Below are positions 36,856 to 46,581 of a stretch of 64,000 nt of DNA, piece by piece. The stretch lies in the IMG/VR virus record IMGVR_UViG_3300021338_000003, positions 186,818 through 250,817 of that record; one strand, given 5' to 3'. Under the pieces are notes generated by a model, which searched no databases, was not told the DNA's origin, and worked only from the letters and a program-made list of their open reading frames with translations. How positions within the stretch are numbered: the stretch's first letter is position 1; every line of letters starts with the position of its first letter. The position numbers and the translations under genes were made by a program.

Positions 36856-37620
36856 CTATTTCCCAAGTGCTCGGGTCAAAACTGTTGCCGAGAAACCCAG
36901 CGCTTCTGAAGCGGAATGTATATCGTCAAAGTTATCATGGGCCCACGTCGCCAACTTCGCGGCGGGCACACCATACTTCGCTTCGAGGACCGACTGGGCT
37001 GGGTCACGCACCGAATAGCACTCGGGAGAACATATCCGAATGCAGTCCTCCTCGTAGAATGCCTCGCCATCGAATGAACGTTCACACTCAGCACATACTT
37101 GGGTGTTTTTGAAGAACACAAACTCAGGTCGCAACTCACTCCGAGATTGAGCCACACCGATGGCAGACCCTCGCATCTTACCCAGGGATACCTTGGTGAT
37201 AGACCGCACCTCTTGGGATGTGATGCCCAAGAGATCACCAACAGCCTTGTCCTTCATGGGCTCGTTGTTTGATTCAACCAGCACACAGTTGTGAGAAGCT
37301 GTCTTGAAATTGTATCGACAGTTGGTATTCTCACAAGAAGACAGTACCTCCATTTTGAGAACAGGACAGGCGAACCCTGTCTCCTTCAGTTCAACTCCCT
37401 GTCTCGTCTCCAATACCTGGGCTACATTGTCCATCTCCAATAGACGAAGGCCCTGCCGCAACTTCCGACGAGATATGACATCAAGGTCCCCATAATCAGA
37501 GACCAGGCGTTCTAGGCCCAAAACACTCAACTTCGGGGACAACCCACGGGATTTCAATACATCCTTCAAAAGGACGTTCACAGCGGGAAAGTTTTTCAGG
37601 TCCATGATACGCTCCAACAC
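36856..37620 (-). CDS. Zn-finger and HTH (sigma region 4-like) protein
   Basis: CPV..C...C...C, KAVGDLLGITSQEVRSI helix-turn-helix, CAEC...CSPEC. Confidence 0.5.
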   Translation of the reverse strand: MLERIMDLKNFPAVNVLLKDVLKSRGLSPKLSVLGLERLVSDYGDLDVISRRKLRQGLRLLEMDNVAQVLETRQGVELKETGFACPVLKMEVLSSCENTNCRYNFKTASHNCVLVESNNEPMKDKAVGDLLGITSQEVRSITKVSLGKMRGSAIGVAQSRSELRPEFVFFKNTQVCAECERSFDGEAFYEEDCIRICSPECYSVRDPAQSVLEAKYGVPAAKLATWAHDNFDDIHSASEALGFSATVLTRALGK

Positions 37621-37634
37621 GGACTGGATTTACC

Positions 37635-38141
37635 TCAGAGAATCCCTTCCCGCTTAAGGATCCGGTACACCCCGAGAGTCATAGAATCCATCACGTGGTC
37701 ACATGGGTCATATCTTTTGAGTCTAGGCCGCCAAGTGGCATGCCTATCTCCTGCCTTCTTGATAAGGCCCCTGGGGAATTTTTCGGAGTGATGTTTGTTG
37801 TACGCATTCTTGTGATCAGCAGCCTGGATGATGACCACGTTGATACCCCGACGTCGAGCTTCGGATGCAAACATCCCAATGAGAAGGTTCACACACTCAC
37901 TGACCGATCCGCCTCCCTTGCCTCGACGGGCCTGGTAGCGCTCCATGACCAACTCGTCACCCTCGGACATCTCAAGGTCATCAAAAAGCCTCGCAATGCG
38001 CTTGTAGAGGTCTTCGGTTATGTACCCATGAGGAGTATTGGGGGTAGGAAAGTGACCAGTCTTCCCTAGCTTGCGACCTCTCCACAGACTGAACCAGGTG
38101 TTGTTCTTCCCCGGGTCTATTGATAGTGTCTTAATGACCAT
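37635..38141 (-). CDS. RuvC-like Holliday junction resolvase
   Basis: LSIDPGK, LVMERY, DHVMDS acidic triad pattern. Confidence 0.7.
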   Translation of the reverse strand: MVIKTLSIDPGKNNTWFSLWRGRKLGKTGHFPTPNTPHGYITEDLYKRIARLFDDLEMSEGDELVMERYQARRGKGGGSVSECVNLLIGMFASEARRRGINVVIIQAADHKNAYNKHHSEKFPRGLIKKAGDRHATWRPRLKRYDPCDHVMDSMTLGVYRILKREGIL

Positions 38142-38186
38142 GGGGCGGTCCTTTTCCTGTAGGTCTCATACGCAAGGTGGGACGCC

Positions 38187-39245
38187 ATGACCAAATTCGG
38201 CGGTCGCAATGATGGCGACCTAACAAACCTAGAACGTGCTACTGAGACGGCCGACAATACGTTGGCTCATTCTATCTTCCGACCCGGAATGCGGTATGGC
38301 GGAAGAGATGAGACCAACCAACATCAGGTGGTCACACGAATTGACCACCTGGAAGACCGAGTGGTTGAGCATATCAGAGAGAACCTCATCCCGAGGGTAC
38401 AGGAACATTCCCGGATTTCTATCGACACGGACCCGGTCAAGTTCCTGTACTACCAAAAGCTCCAATTTGGTAGGCTCTGTTCTTGTTTCGACCGGGTCAA
38501 TGGAGCGGCCGACAAGCAATGTCCCATCTGCTACGGACGGGCCTATGTTGGCGGATATCACAAGTATGGGACCAACCACCACGTAGTAGACATGACGGCC
38601 CCCAACCTCACCTTGGTGAACGTAGCCCCTGACTTCGGGTCCGGACAGCGCCCTGTTCCTCTGACCCTTCTAGATACAGCGGTCAAGGGATATATTGAAC
38701 TCACCGTACCTTTGGGCGCTAATAGGGGTGTTCTGGACGCCATGCGGATGAAGGGCAAGGCCCAGAATGGGTCCAGTATCACACCACTGGTCAAGCTGAA
38801 AGGACAGGCTGACTCTGAATTTGTGATAGTCACCAAGAGTGTTGTCGAGACCAAGCTTCGCGATGCCTTCGGACGCCCCAACTCCCTGGTGTTCAGATTC
38901 GTGATGGACCGCATCAACCCCGATGCGGAGCTTCCGGAGTTCCTGTTCTTCTACCTCAGATACACGACCCTGGATGACATCAAGGTAACTCTCGACATCC
39001 CCAAGAGGGAGAAGAGCATCGAATTCCAAGAATATGGACTGTTGGATGTGGTCGATACCATTGAGGCGGTAGCCTCACGAAAACTCCCAAACATCACTTC
39101 GGAAGACATGTTCATACGAGTACTGGATGGGGAAAGGTTCAAGGTCATCCAAACCTCCCAATGGGAACCAGAGAACCAGCTGGTGGAGACCGCCATCCGG
39201 GCTCGCCACATCAACAAAGAAGAACACCTCTATCGAGTTCTGTGA
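38187..39245 (+). CDS. Neck/head-completion-like protein with a Cys cluster
   Basis: YYQKLQFGRLCSCFD...CPICYGRAYVGGY pattern recalled from large-phage neck proteins. Confidence 0.5.
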   Translation: MTKFGGRNDGDLTNLERATETADNTLAHSIFRPGMRYGGRDETNQHQVVTRIDHLEDRVVEHIRENLIPRVQEHSRISIDTDPVKFLYYQKLQFGRLCSCFDRVNGAADKQCPICYGRAYVGGYHKYGTNHHVVDMTAPNLTLVNVAPDFGSGQRPVPLTLLDTAVKGYIELTVPLGANRGVLDAMRMKGKAQNGSSITPLVKLKGQADSEFVIVTKSVVETKLRDAFGRPNSLVFRFVMDRINPDAELPEFLFFYLRYTTLDDIKVTLDIPKREKSIEFQEYGLLDVVDTIEAVASRKLPNITSEDMFIRVLDGERFKVIQTSQWEPENQLVETAIRARHINKEEHLYRVL

Positions 39246-39254
39246 GGACCAAAA

Positions 39255-40004
39255 ATGGCTCTTTCTGATACCTTCCTCAAGCTGGAGATTGACACCTCCT
39301 ATGCTGGGTTCTCCGACCTCACTTCGGAAGCCCTCAATTCCCTAGTCTTGCACGTTGGGCCTGGGCACATTGCCTTCCAGCCCTTCCAGAATGCCGAATA
39401 CCAGCAGAATCTGACTTCAACCTTGGGCCACGCCGGCCGGGTCAGTGCAGACCCTATCTCCTTGGTGATCGGTGCCAAAGCCCCGTACTTCATGCCTCTG
39501 AACCAATGGGGGCTGATGAACCTGAGCCAGGTACAGGAGCTTTCCCAACTCATCAAGAAGGGGGTGGTTACCGCTACCCTTCATAACCGGGGCGAAACCG
39601 TCGGCGGGTCGGGTCTGGAATGGCGGGTTGGATTCAACGTCGATGACCAGGAAATTCGTTCCTACAGCGTTCAACCTCGCAGCGTATGGGAGGCGGTAAC
39701 GGCCTCCCAGTCAGTCCCTGCTGCCGGGGCTGACAATTTCATATACATCCCGGGAACGCCTAGGGTATACCCTATCATCGAGTGCCAGGAAGCCACAACT
39801 GTTGACTATGATATCCAGGTATATGCTTTCAATCCTATCTCCAACGCTGTGGCTCTCATCGCCGAATTCCTCAACCGGAAGGGCACGTTTGTAGAGCGCC
39901 TAAACGATGTGGAGTATTCCCAGTATATCATTCCCATCGTGTCCCGTGTTGGCGGTGTTGTAAACATCGATGTCAATGTCGGACTTCAAATCGAGCGTGC
40001 GTGA
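39255..40004 (+). CDS. Putative virion structural protein
   Basis: GAGGA SD; beta-rich C-terminus. Confidence 0.55.
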   Translation: MALSDTFLKLEIDTSYAGFSDLTSEALNSLVLHVGPGHIAFQPFQNAEYQQNLTSTLGHAGRVSADPISLVIGAKAPYFMPLNQWGLMNLSQVQELSQLIKKGVVTATLHNRGETVGGSGLEWRVGFNVDDQEIRSYSVQPRSVWEAVTASQSVPAAGADNFIYIPGTPRVYPIIECQEATTVDYDIQVYAFNPISNAVALIAEFLNRKGTFVERLNDVEYSQYIIPIVSRVGGVVNIDVNVGLQIERA

Positions 40005-40309
40005 TGACCGAGCTTGAGATCTTCAACGAGGCTCTATTTGTTGATAGTCACCAGGACGCCGTTCGAGAGACTCAAAAGTGGACCCTCGAACGGCTTCTTC
40101 AGTGGCCGGATGACCTCCGCCCGGGCATCGCCCAGCTGCTCATCGACAAGGTCCGAGCCTGGGGCGTAGAGCCTCCGGCTATCTGGGAAGAGGCCATCCT
40201 AAACCCAAGCCTAATCAACGACCTTCATGATGACAGGTCTGAGAGTGAAATGGACGAATGGGAAGACCCAAGGCCGACCCATGACGCCGAGGAAGATATC
40301 CTGGCATAG
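40001..40309 (+). CDS. Small acidic hypothetical protein
   Basis: GTGA/ATG coupling. Confidence 0.5.
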   Translation: MMTELEIFNEALFVDSHQDAVRETQKWTLERLLQWPDDLRPGIAQLLIDKVRAWGVEPPAIWEEAILNPSLINDLHDDRSESEMDEWEDPRPTHDAEEDILA

Positions 40310-40330
40310 TCCGTTCTCTCGTGTTACAAT
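40302..40330 (+). promoter_or_regulatory. Weaker sigma70-type promoter upstream of SNF2
   Basis: TGGCAT-17 bp ending cgtgt-TACAAT. Confidence 0.5.
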
Positions 40331-40353
40331 GGTATATGTGAGGTATACTTCAA

Positions 40354-43300
40354 ATGTCCGACAGCATTGAAGAGACCCCGGCAGCGAGCGAGAAGCTCGC
40401 GGGCCGGGAAAGCCGTATAGAAAAGCCGTCGACCATCGAAGCGATGCCCAAGACACAGCATCGTTTCCAGCTGCCCGGTTTTTTCACTCTCCCGGATGGG
40501 TCCGTCTACTACATCGAGAATGAGGTCGACCGACTGGAGGAATACCAGGCCGACGTTGACCAATTGCACGAGAACGAGCGGCTATTTGAAGAAACCGGGG
40601 TTTTTCCTGGTTCTTACAAAAATCCCGGAGACATCCCGGAATATGAACGCTACGTCAAATGGGATACCGCTTTTAAGAAGGTGGAAAAGGAACTCATCCT
40701 TCGGAAAAGTCAACTCCCTCTAGGTAGCGCTGACCGTACTATCATCGATGCCGAATTGGACGCTTTCAGGGCGGCCATGAGAGCCAAGGAGCCCAAAGTC
40801 CGGTTTCGGCCCCGTCCCCGTGCGCCGCACACGGTATTTCGAGAGAAATGGTCAGTTGGTGACCTTCTCGCTATCAACCTCTCGGATCGCACCATCATGC
40901 GGACCATGGAGAAGGTGGACCGCATCAAGACTGAGGACATTACCGGCCTTGCTCCTCTATCAGATGAGGGCAAGGCCAAGATTATGCTTGAGCCGTCGGT
41001 CTATATACCTCTCGATGTCTGCGGGTATACCAACACACTCCGACGGTCTGTGAAATTTCTCATTGATAACCCCGAGGGTCCCGAAGAGGCTCGAAACAGG
41101 GTCAAAGAAATCTTCTCTTCCTTCATCGCAGGATATGAGAGATTTGTCGACGCTATCTCTGTTCCAGCATATTACGAGTCTATCAAAGACAAATCGTTGT
41201 ATGACTTTGAAAAATCGTTCCGGACCCACTGGGACAATGTATTCGGAAGGTATGAAAGCGACCACCCCAGAATCAATAACATGGTAGAATGGGGTTTTAC
41301 TAGTAGAGACGAAACTGCTGAAACCCATTGGCCAACGATCATCAAAACTGTCCAAGAAGGTCTAGACCTCTACCGTACATATCTCCCCCTATTCGTTGAT
41401 GAGTTCTATACTTGGGTTCAGAAGCATGGCCTGCCCTGTCGGGCCCATGGGACTGAGATTGAAGGGTCCTGGGCAGCGGCTTTTGTTCAGTCCAGCCAGT
41501 TCCTCAGTCGTGCCAACGCTATGCATCACAACTCTTTCGAGGTACAGCGACGAAACCAGAGAAATGCCGAAAGGGCTGGACTTCAAGAGCCTATCTTGAA
41601 GGTTGCCATACGTCGAAACATGTATGGCAATTGGAAGAACTCGGTGCACATTGAGGAGATTGCGGACAAGATTGACGGCCCCGAGGTCGTTAACCGCGTG
41701 GCTGATGAGCGGCTTGCCTTCCAAACCGCTACCATTGACCAGATGCCCGAGGTTCCCCACCTCTCGAAGGATATCAAACTCTTCCCACACCAGGCGAAGA
41801 CTGGTGCTCAACTAGACCAGAAGAACCGTGCTTTTGTGTCGGCCGTGATGGGTGCTGGTAAGACCAGTATGTTCTACTCGGACGCAATGATTGCCATCAA
41901 GAACGGCAAGGCAAAACGTCCTGCTGTTGTAATGCCCACCAATACTGTGGAACAACAGGTTGATGAGCTGAAGCACAAGTTCGGCGATTACGTCAACATC
42001 ATCGGTCTCACCAATCAGTCCTTTCGGAAGATGGGCAAGGGTGATGAGCGATTTGAGACTCTTAAGAAGCTCATCATTGAGGCTCCACCCAACACCATCG
42101 TGCTGGTGGCCTATGAGTGGCTGTCTCTGGAGCCCGAATCCTACGATACTGGCAAGACCCGGAAGAACAAGACTCCGATGATGGCCAAGCGATATACCCG
42201 CGGCACCTTCCTCACTGACGAGTGTGGTGTGGACATGGTCATCCTCGATGAATGTCACCGCATCAAGAACATCGATACTGCCCGGGCCAAGGCCACCATG
42301 GCTTTGTCCAGTGCCCCAGTCAAGCGGGTTGGGTCAGGTACCCTCTTTCCGAACACCCCTGATGATGTGGTCGGGCCGGCATCCTTTCTGGACCCCACCC
42401 TCTTCGGGTCTCACGAGGAATTCTGCAAGAGGTATAGCCTGGAAACCGTCCGTAGCAAGGTGGTGAGCTTCACCCCCGAGATGCTCAAGGAAGTCCGCAA
42501 CGACCTCCTCGAATATGGTATGGTGAACATCCGTCGGACCGCTTGGATGCACATGATGCCCGACCGGACCGAGACCATCCACACCACCCGTCTGAGCCCT
42601 CAGCTCCAGAAGCTCTACGAGGCTCTGTATAATGCCACCATTTCCAAGATCGAGGGTGACCCCGTCCTCTCCAAGTATTGGAAGGAGTTCGCTGAAGACG
42701 TCGGTGCCGAGGACCTCGACATCGACGAGAACGGATTCCTGCTGACCATCCTCGGTCGCATTGACCAATTCGTCTCTGCCCCCGACTCCAAAATGGGCGG
42801 CAACATTCAGGACCTCATTGATGAGGCGCAGAACGCAGAGACCGCCGAGGAGAAGAAAGCAGCCAAGGAAAAGCTCGATGGTATGGGTGCCACCCTACTT
42901 CGAATCCGTGGTGCCATCGAGAACATGCCCGAGATGGACCGGGCCTCCCCCAAGGTGCGTAAGGCAGCTGAAATAATCGACAAGCACTTTGCCGACCCTT
43001 CCAATGTCCTCAAGACCGAAGATGGTCGGGAGTTCGAGGGTAAGGTTATTGTCTTCGTCTCCAATGTCGACACCGCGAAGCACTTCCAGAAGTATCTCCC
43101 GATGCTTGCTAGCTCCGTGACCGAAGCCGAGATCGGTTTCTTCAAGGCTGACAGCAAGGGTCGCCGCGCTCTGGCCGAGTTCAAGGACCCTTTCAGTAAC
43201 ATGAAGGTTCTATGTGCTGTAGACGCTGGACTCCGTGAGGGACACAACCTTCAGGTGGCCAACCGGGTCATCCGTGGGTCTCTCCTCTGGACGCCCGGCG

Positions 43301-45576
43301 CCATGGAACAGACGTACGCCCGGGTATATCGCCCTGGAACTCTGGCCAACGAGGTCTTCATCGATATCATTGTCACGGAGAACACATTGGAGGTGGCCAA
43401 GTTCGGTCGTCTCCTCTCCAAGTATGATGCCATCCAACGCGTCAACTCCGAGTTTGAGGATGATTCCACCGAGGAACTCCCTCCGATCTCGATGAATATC
43501 AAGAACATCGAGACGTACACCAGCATGAGCATGTTGGACGAGTACATGGACCGGTACAACAAGGCGGCCGAATTCGACCTCGCCGAGTCCAAGAGACTCC
43601 AGGCTGAGTACGGGTCCGAGTTCATCGACCGGGCCGGTGGTCGTCTGCCTGGTGCTGATCTCATTACTGGGCTGCTTCCCTATTATGATGAGGAGGACGC
43701 ATATCGTCCGGTCAAGGTTCGGGTGATGGACCGCCAACTGGTGATATCCGACCCCGACAGCTTCGAGTGGCTCAACAAGCGAGTCTGCAAGAAGCTTGGC
43801 TTGAAGGAGGCCACCTCCAGCGGTCAGGTTGTGTACACCGGGAATCGACCCCTCGACATGGACGCCTGGGTAGAGACCGCCGAGACATTTGGCCTCGATG
43901 TTGCCCTGATTGAGGAATCCGGGTCCACCGCGGTCAAGATCAAGAAGGACGAAGTCACCAAGTCTTCGAAGCCGAAGAAGACCAAGGTGAAGATGAAGAG
44001 CCGCAAGAAGACGGGTCCGCTCAAGCTCCTGTGCGTCGGACCCGTGGGCAGTGGCATCCTGGCCATGTATGCCAAGAAGCAACAAAAGGGTGATGGGTCG
44101 GAAACGTACCAGTATGTGATCGTCCATCATACTGATGGTGAGGTCGGGTCGGCCGCCCGTGGCGACCGCATTCACACCTTCCACGCTCGGGGTAGGGGGT
44201 CTGGCCTTGCCAAGCTCACTGGTATCCAGTGGGATCATGTGCACAAGACCCTCTACGATGGGTTCGGTGAGGTCACCTGGTACGCCCCTGGAGACGTCCC
44301 GGAGGTCCCTGATGTGGCTCCAGTGGTCGAAACCACCGTAGCACCTCTTCCGGCCAACGTCGTGCGCTCCTTGCGCTTCCTGCAGTATGATGGGGTCAAG
44401 TACCTCACCATTGACTCAGACGACGACCGCGCTCCTGACCTCCGGCCCCTCGGATTTGTGTGGTACAACGCGTTCTTCCAGCGTCCGTTCCAGACCATGA
44501 AGGATGCCCGGGTCATCATCGACCACCTGCAGCGAGTTGGTTTGGATATCGACGAGGATGATTTCTCGGACCACGCCCGGGACGCCATCTGGAAGCGCAA
44601 GGTTCCGCAACGCAAGCTCCTCCGCGAACAGCTGCAGGAGATGCGCAAGCGGCGCCGGTCCCTCAAGAAGGGCAAGGTGTCCATTCACTACGTCCAATAC
44701 AAGGGTATGCATCACCTCGCTGTCAACGCTCTAGAACACCAGGACGATATCCGCAAAGTACGGGCTGTAGGCCGGTTTGGTCAGGTGACCTCCGGTTTCT
44801 GGATGCCCGTTCCTGGGAAGGCCGAAGTCCAGAAGGTGGTTCGCCAGCTGGAGAGCGCCGGTGTTAAGGTCGTCTATTGGGAGGAGTTCAAGACCCTCTG
44901 CTATGAGTGGTTCGGGTACAAGCCCACCGTCGACCTTTCGGTGCCCGAAGATGTCAAGGAGAAGCTCGAACTCCCCCGTGAGGACCCGAGCCCTGCGCCA
45001 TCTTCCCCCGAGGTCATCAAGGACACTCTCAAGAAGATCCGCAAGAAGCCTGCGAAGGGCCTATCTGATAAGAAGCTTGACATCCTACGCCACACCTCGG
45101 GGTCGGATATCATCGGGTATGGCGGAGACACCCCCTTCAATATCGCGGTCATCCAGTCCCTCCTGAACAAGGGGTACATGGTCGGAACCCAGGAACGGGA
45201 ACTCAAGCGGTACGTTGATGTCCAGCTCACCGAAAAGGGCAGGGAGGCTATCGGAGTGGATGATGAGACTCCGCCTGCTCCAACCCCCGAGCCTACGTCG
45301 ACACCTAAGGACGTCAAGGATGTATCCACCACTCCTCTGGATTGGAAGATGGTGGCCGACGAGCTTGACGACCCCTTTGAGCCCCGAGCCTTGTGGCGGT
45401 CGGTGGCCTCCGGTCGTCAGGTTTCTCTTGTCCTATTGGAGGACGACGAGACCTGGGAAGTCAAGCTGATGAGGCGGCATCCGGAAACCGGCAAGCGTCA
45501 GAGCAAAATCTTCCAGTTCACTGAAAAGGACTTGGCCCTCAGCAAGGTCCAGTCTCTCATCGGAGCCAGGTCATGA
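40354..45576 (+). CDS. Very large SNF2/SWI2-family helicase (1740 aa)
   Basis: LFPHQ Q-motif, MGAGKT, VILDECHRIKN, SGT, EGHNLQVAN, MEQTYARVYRPG. Confidence 0.85.
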   Translation: MSDSIEETPAASEKLAGRESRIEKPSTIEAMPKTQHRFQLPGFFTLPDGSVYYIENEVDRLEEYQADVDQLHENERLFEETGVFPGSYKNPGDIPEYERYVKWDTAFKKVEKELILRKSQLPLGSADRTIIDAELDAFRAAMRAKEPKVRFRPRPRAPHTVFREKWSVGDLLAINLSDRTIMRTMEKVDRIKTEDITGLAPLSDEGKAKIMLEPSVYIPLDVCGYTNTLRRSVKFLIDNPEGPEEARNRVKEIFSSFIAGYERFVDAISVPAYYESIKDKSLYDFEKSFRTHWDNVFGRYESDHPRINNMVEWGFTSRDETAETHWPTIIKTVQEGLDLYRTYLPLFVDEFYTWVQKHGLPCRAHGTEIEGSWAAAFVQSSQFLSRANAMHHNSFEVQRRNQRNAERAGLQEPILKVAIRRNMYGNWKNSVHIEEIADKIDGPEVVNRVADERLAFQTATIDQMPEVPHLSKDIKLFPHQAKTGAQLDQKNRAFVSAVMGAGKTSMFYSDAMIAIKNGKAKRPAVVMPTNTVEQQVDELKHKFGDYVNIIGLTNQSFRKMGKGDERFETLKKLIIEAPPNTIVLVAYEWLSLEPESYDTGKTRKNKTPMMAKRYTRGTFLTDECGVDMVILDECHRIKNIDTARAKATMALSSAPVKRVGSGTLFPNTPDDVVGPASFLDPTLFGSHEEFCKRYSLETVRSKVVSFTPEMLKEVRNDLLEYGMVNIRRTAWMHMMPDRTETIHTTRLSPQLQKLYEALYNATISKIEGDPVLSKYWKEFAEDVGAEDLDIDENGFLLTILGRIDQFVSAPDSKMGGNIQDLIDEAQNAETAEEKKAAKEKLDGMGATLLRIRGAIENMPEMDRASPKVRKAAEIIDKHFADPSNVLKTEDGREFEGKVIVFVSNVDTAKHFQKYLPMLASSVTEAEIGFFKADSKGRRALAEFKDPFSNMKVLCAVDAGLREGHNLQVANRVIRGSLLWTPGAMEQTYARVYRPGTLANEVFIDIIVTENTLEVAKFGRLLSKYDAIQRVNSEFEDDSTEELPPISMNIKNIETYTSMSMLDEYMDRYNKAAEFDLAESKRLQAEYGSEFIDRAGGRLPGADLITGLLPYYDEEDAYRPVKVRVMDRQLVISDPDSFEWLNKRVCKKLGLKEATSSGQVVYTGNRPLDMDAWVETAETFGLDVALIEESGSTAVKIKKDEVTKSSKPKKTKVKMKSRKKTGPLKLLCVGPVGSGILAMYAKKQQKGDGSETYQYVIVHHTDGEVGSAARGDRIHTFHARGRGSGLAKLTGIQWDHVHKTLYDGFGEVTWYAPGDVPEVPDVAPVVETTVAPLPANVVRSLRFLQYDGVKYLTIDSDDDRAPDLRPLGFVWYNAFFQRPFQTMKDARVIIDHLQRVGLDIDEDDFSDHARDAIWKRKVPQRKLLREQLQEMRKRRRSLKKGKVSIHYVQYKGMHHLAVNALEHQDDIRKVRAVGRFGQVTSGFWMPVPGKAEVQKVVRQLESAGVKVVYWEEFKTLCYEWFGYKPTVDLSVPEDVKEKLELPREDPSPAPSSPEVIKDTLKKIRKKPAKGLSDKKLDILRHTSGSDIIGYGGDTPFNIAVIQSLLNKGYMVGTQERELKRYVDVQLTEKGREAIGVDDETPPAPTPEPTSTPKDVKDVSTTPLDWKMVADELDDPFEPRALWRSVASGRQVSLVLLEDDETWEVKLMRRHPETGKRQSKIFQFTEKDLALSKVQSLIGARS

Positions 45577-46118
45577 GCATCAAGGAGAAGGGCACTCGAA
45601 AGCCAGGCCAGAGGCTATGGTTTGAATACCACTGTTTCGAAAGTCATGATTCCGGTGATGCAGAATTGTGGTATCGATCACACCAAAAGGTGACAGTCAT
45701 TGAGCCGCTGCCATTCGGAAAGTTGGATGATGAGGCATCAGTAGAGGACCGAGGAGGCAGAGTGTACTTGGTCCGCTTCGCTGATGGTTTCGAAGGCCAT
45801 GTGACTTGGGATGAACTTCTAGATAGTCCAACCGAGTTCGAACGACCTGACCCTCCTCCTCCAAGTTCAAAGGTCAGAAGGGCCATAGCCCAGCACGCCA
45901 TTGAGGCTTCGAAACTCCGGATGATGCGTCAGCTGGCCGAGAAGGACCTCGAAATGACGGATTCCGAAATCTGCGAAATCATGTTTGGTGGGGATTCCAA
46001 GCAATGTGCAGAGTTCCTAGACATGGACCGGGAAGGACAACTTTCATGGCTCATGACCAACTTGTATGTTGGCATGAGCGAAGAGACTCTTCAAGAATTC
46101 ATTTCCAAAGGGCGGTAG
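45573..46118 (+). CDS. Hypothetical protein (FEYHCFESHDS domain plus an internal IEAS module)
   Basis: ATGA coupling; SH3-like beta pattern by inference. Confidence 0.6.
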   Translation: MSIKEKGTRKPGQRLWFEYHCFESHDSGDAELWYRSHQKVTVIEPLPFGKLDDEASVEDRGGRVYLVRFADGFEGHVTWDELLDSPTEFERPDPPPPSSKVRRAIAQHAIEASKLRMMRQLAEKDLEMTDSEICEIMFGGDSKQCAEFLDMDREGQLSWLMTNLYVGMSEETLQEFISKGR

Positions 46119-46121
46119 ACC

Positions 46122-46508
46122 ATGAGCATCAAAGAAGTCATCGCAAAATACAGCATCCAAGCTAGTGCGTCAGAATGGAGTATTGGTATATATGATACCA
46201 ATGGAAACCCCAGCAAGAAGTTCAAATCACTTCCTGATAACCCCTCCCAAGAAGACGTCGCTAGAGCGTCCGAAGGTAGTGGTGGCAGGGACTACATAAG
46301 TGTCTTCAAGTCAGGAAGAGACTGGGCTGTGATGGCAGGGACTTATGGTCCCAGAGATATCGCGTTCTATGTTGTGGCATTGAAGGGCAAGCACAACAGC
46401 ATCGCCTCTGACATCGAGAATGCTGTGCATACCCTAGAGGACTTCGACCCCTACGACTACACCGAGGAAGAAGTCGTAACGGCAATCATGAGACACTTCA
46501 AATTGTGA
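46122..46508 (+). CDS. Hypothetical protein with the MSIKEVIAKYSIQAS leader
   Basis: Leader DNA is 27/30 identical to that at 21373. Confidence 0.7.
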   Translation: MSIKEVIAKYSIQASASEWSIGIYDTNGNPSKKFKSLPDNPSQEDVARASEGSGGRDYISVFKSGRDWAVMAGTYGPRDIAFYVVALKGKHNSIASDIENAVHTLEDFDPYDYTEEEVVTAIMRHFKL

Positions 46509-46534
46509 ACGTTGTGGAATGACCTGCCTACAGG

Positions 46535-46559
46535 GGCCAGTTTCGAATTGAGACTGGCC
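46535..46559. terminator. Intergenic hairpin
   Basis: ggccagtttc-gaatt-gagactggcc (one G-T pair). Confidence 0.5.
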
Positions 46560-46581
46560 TCATCTGTATACCGGAGCAACC

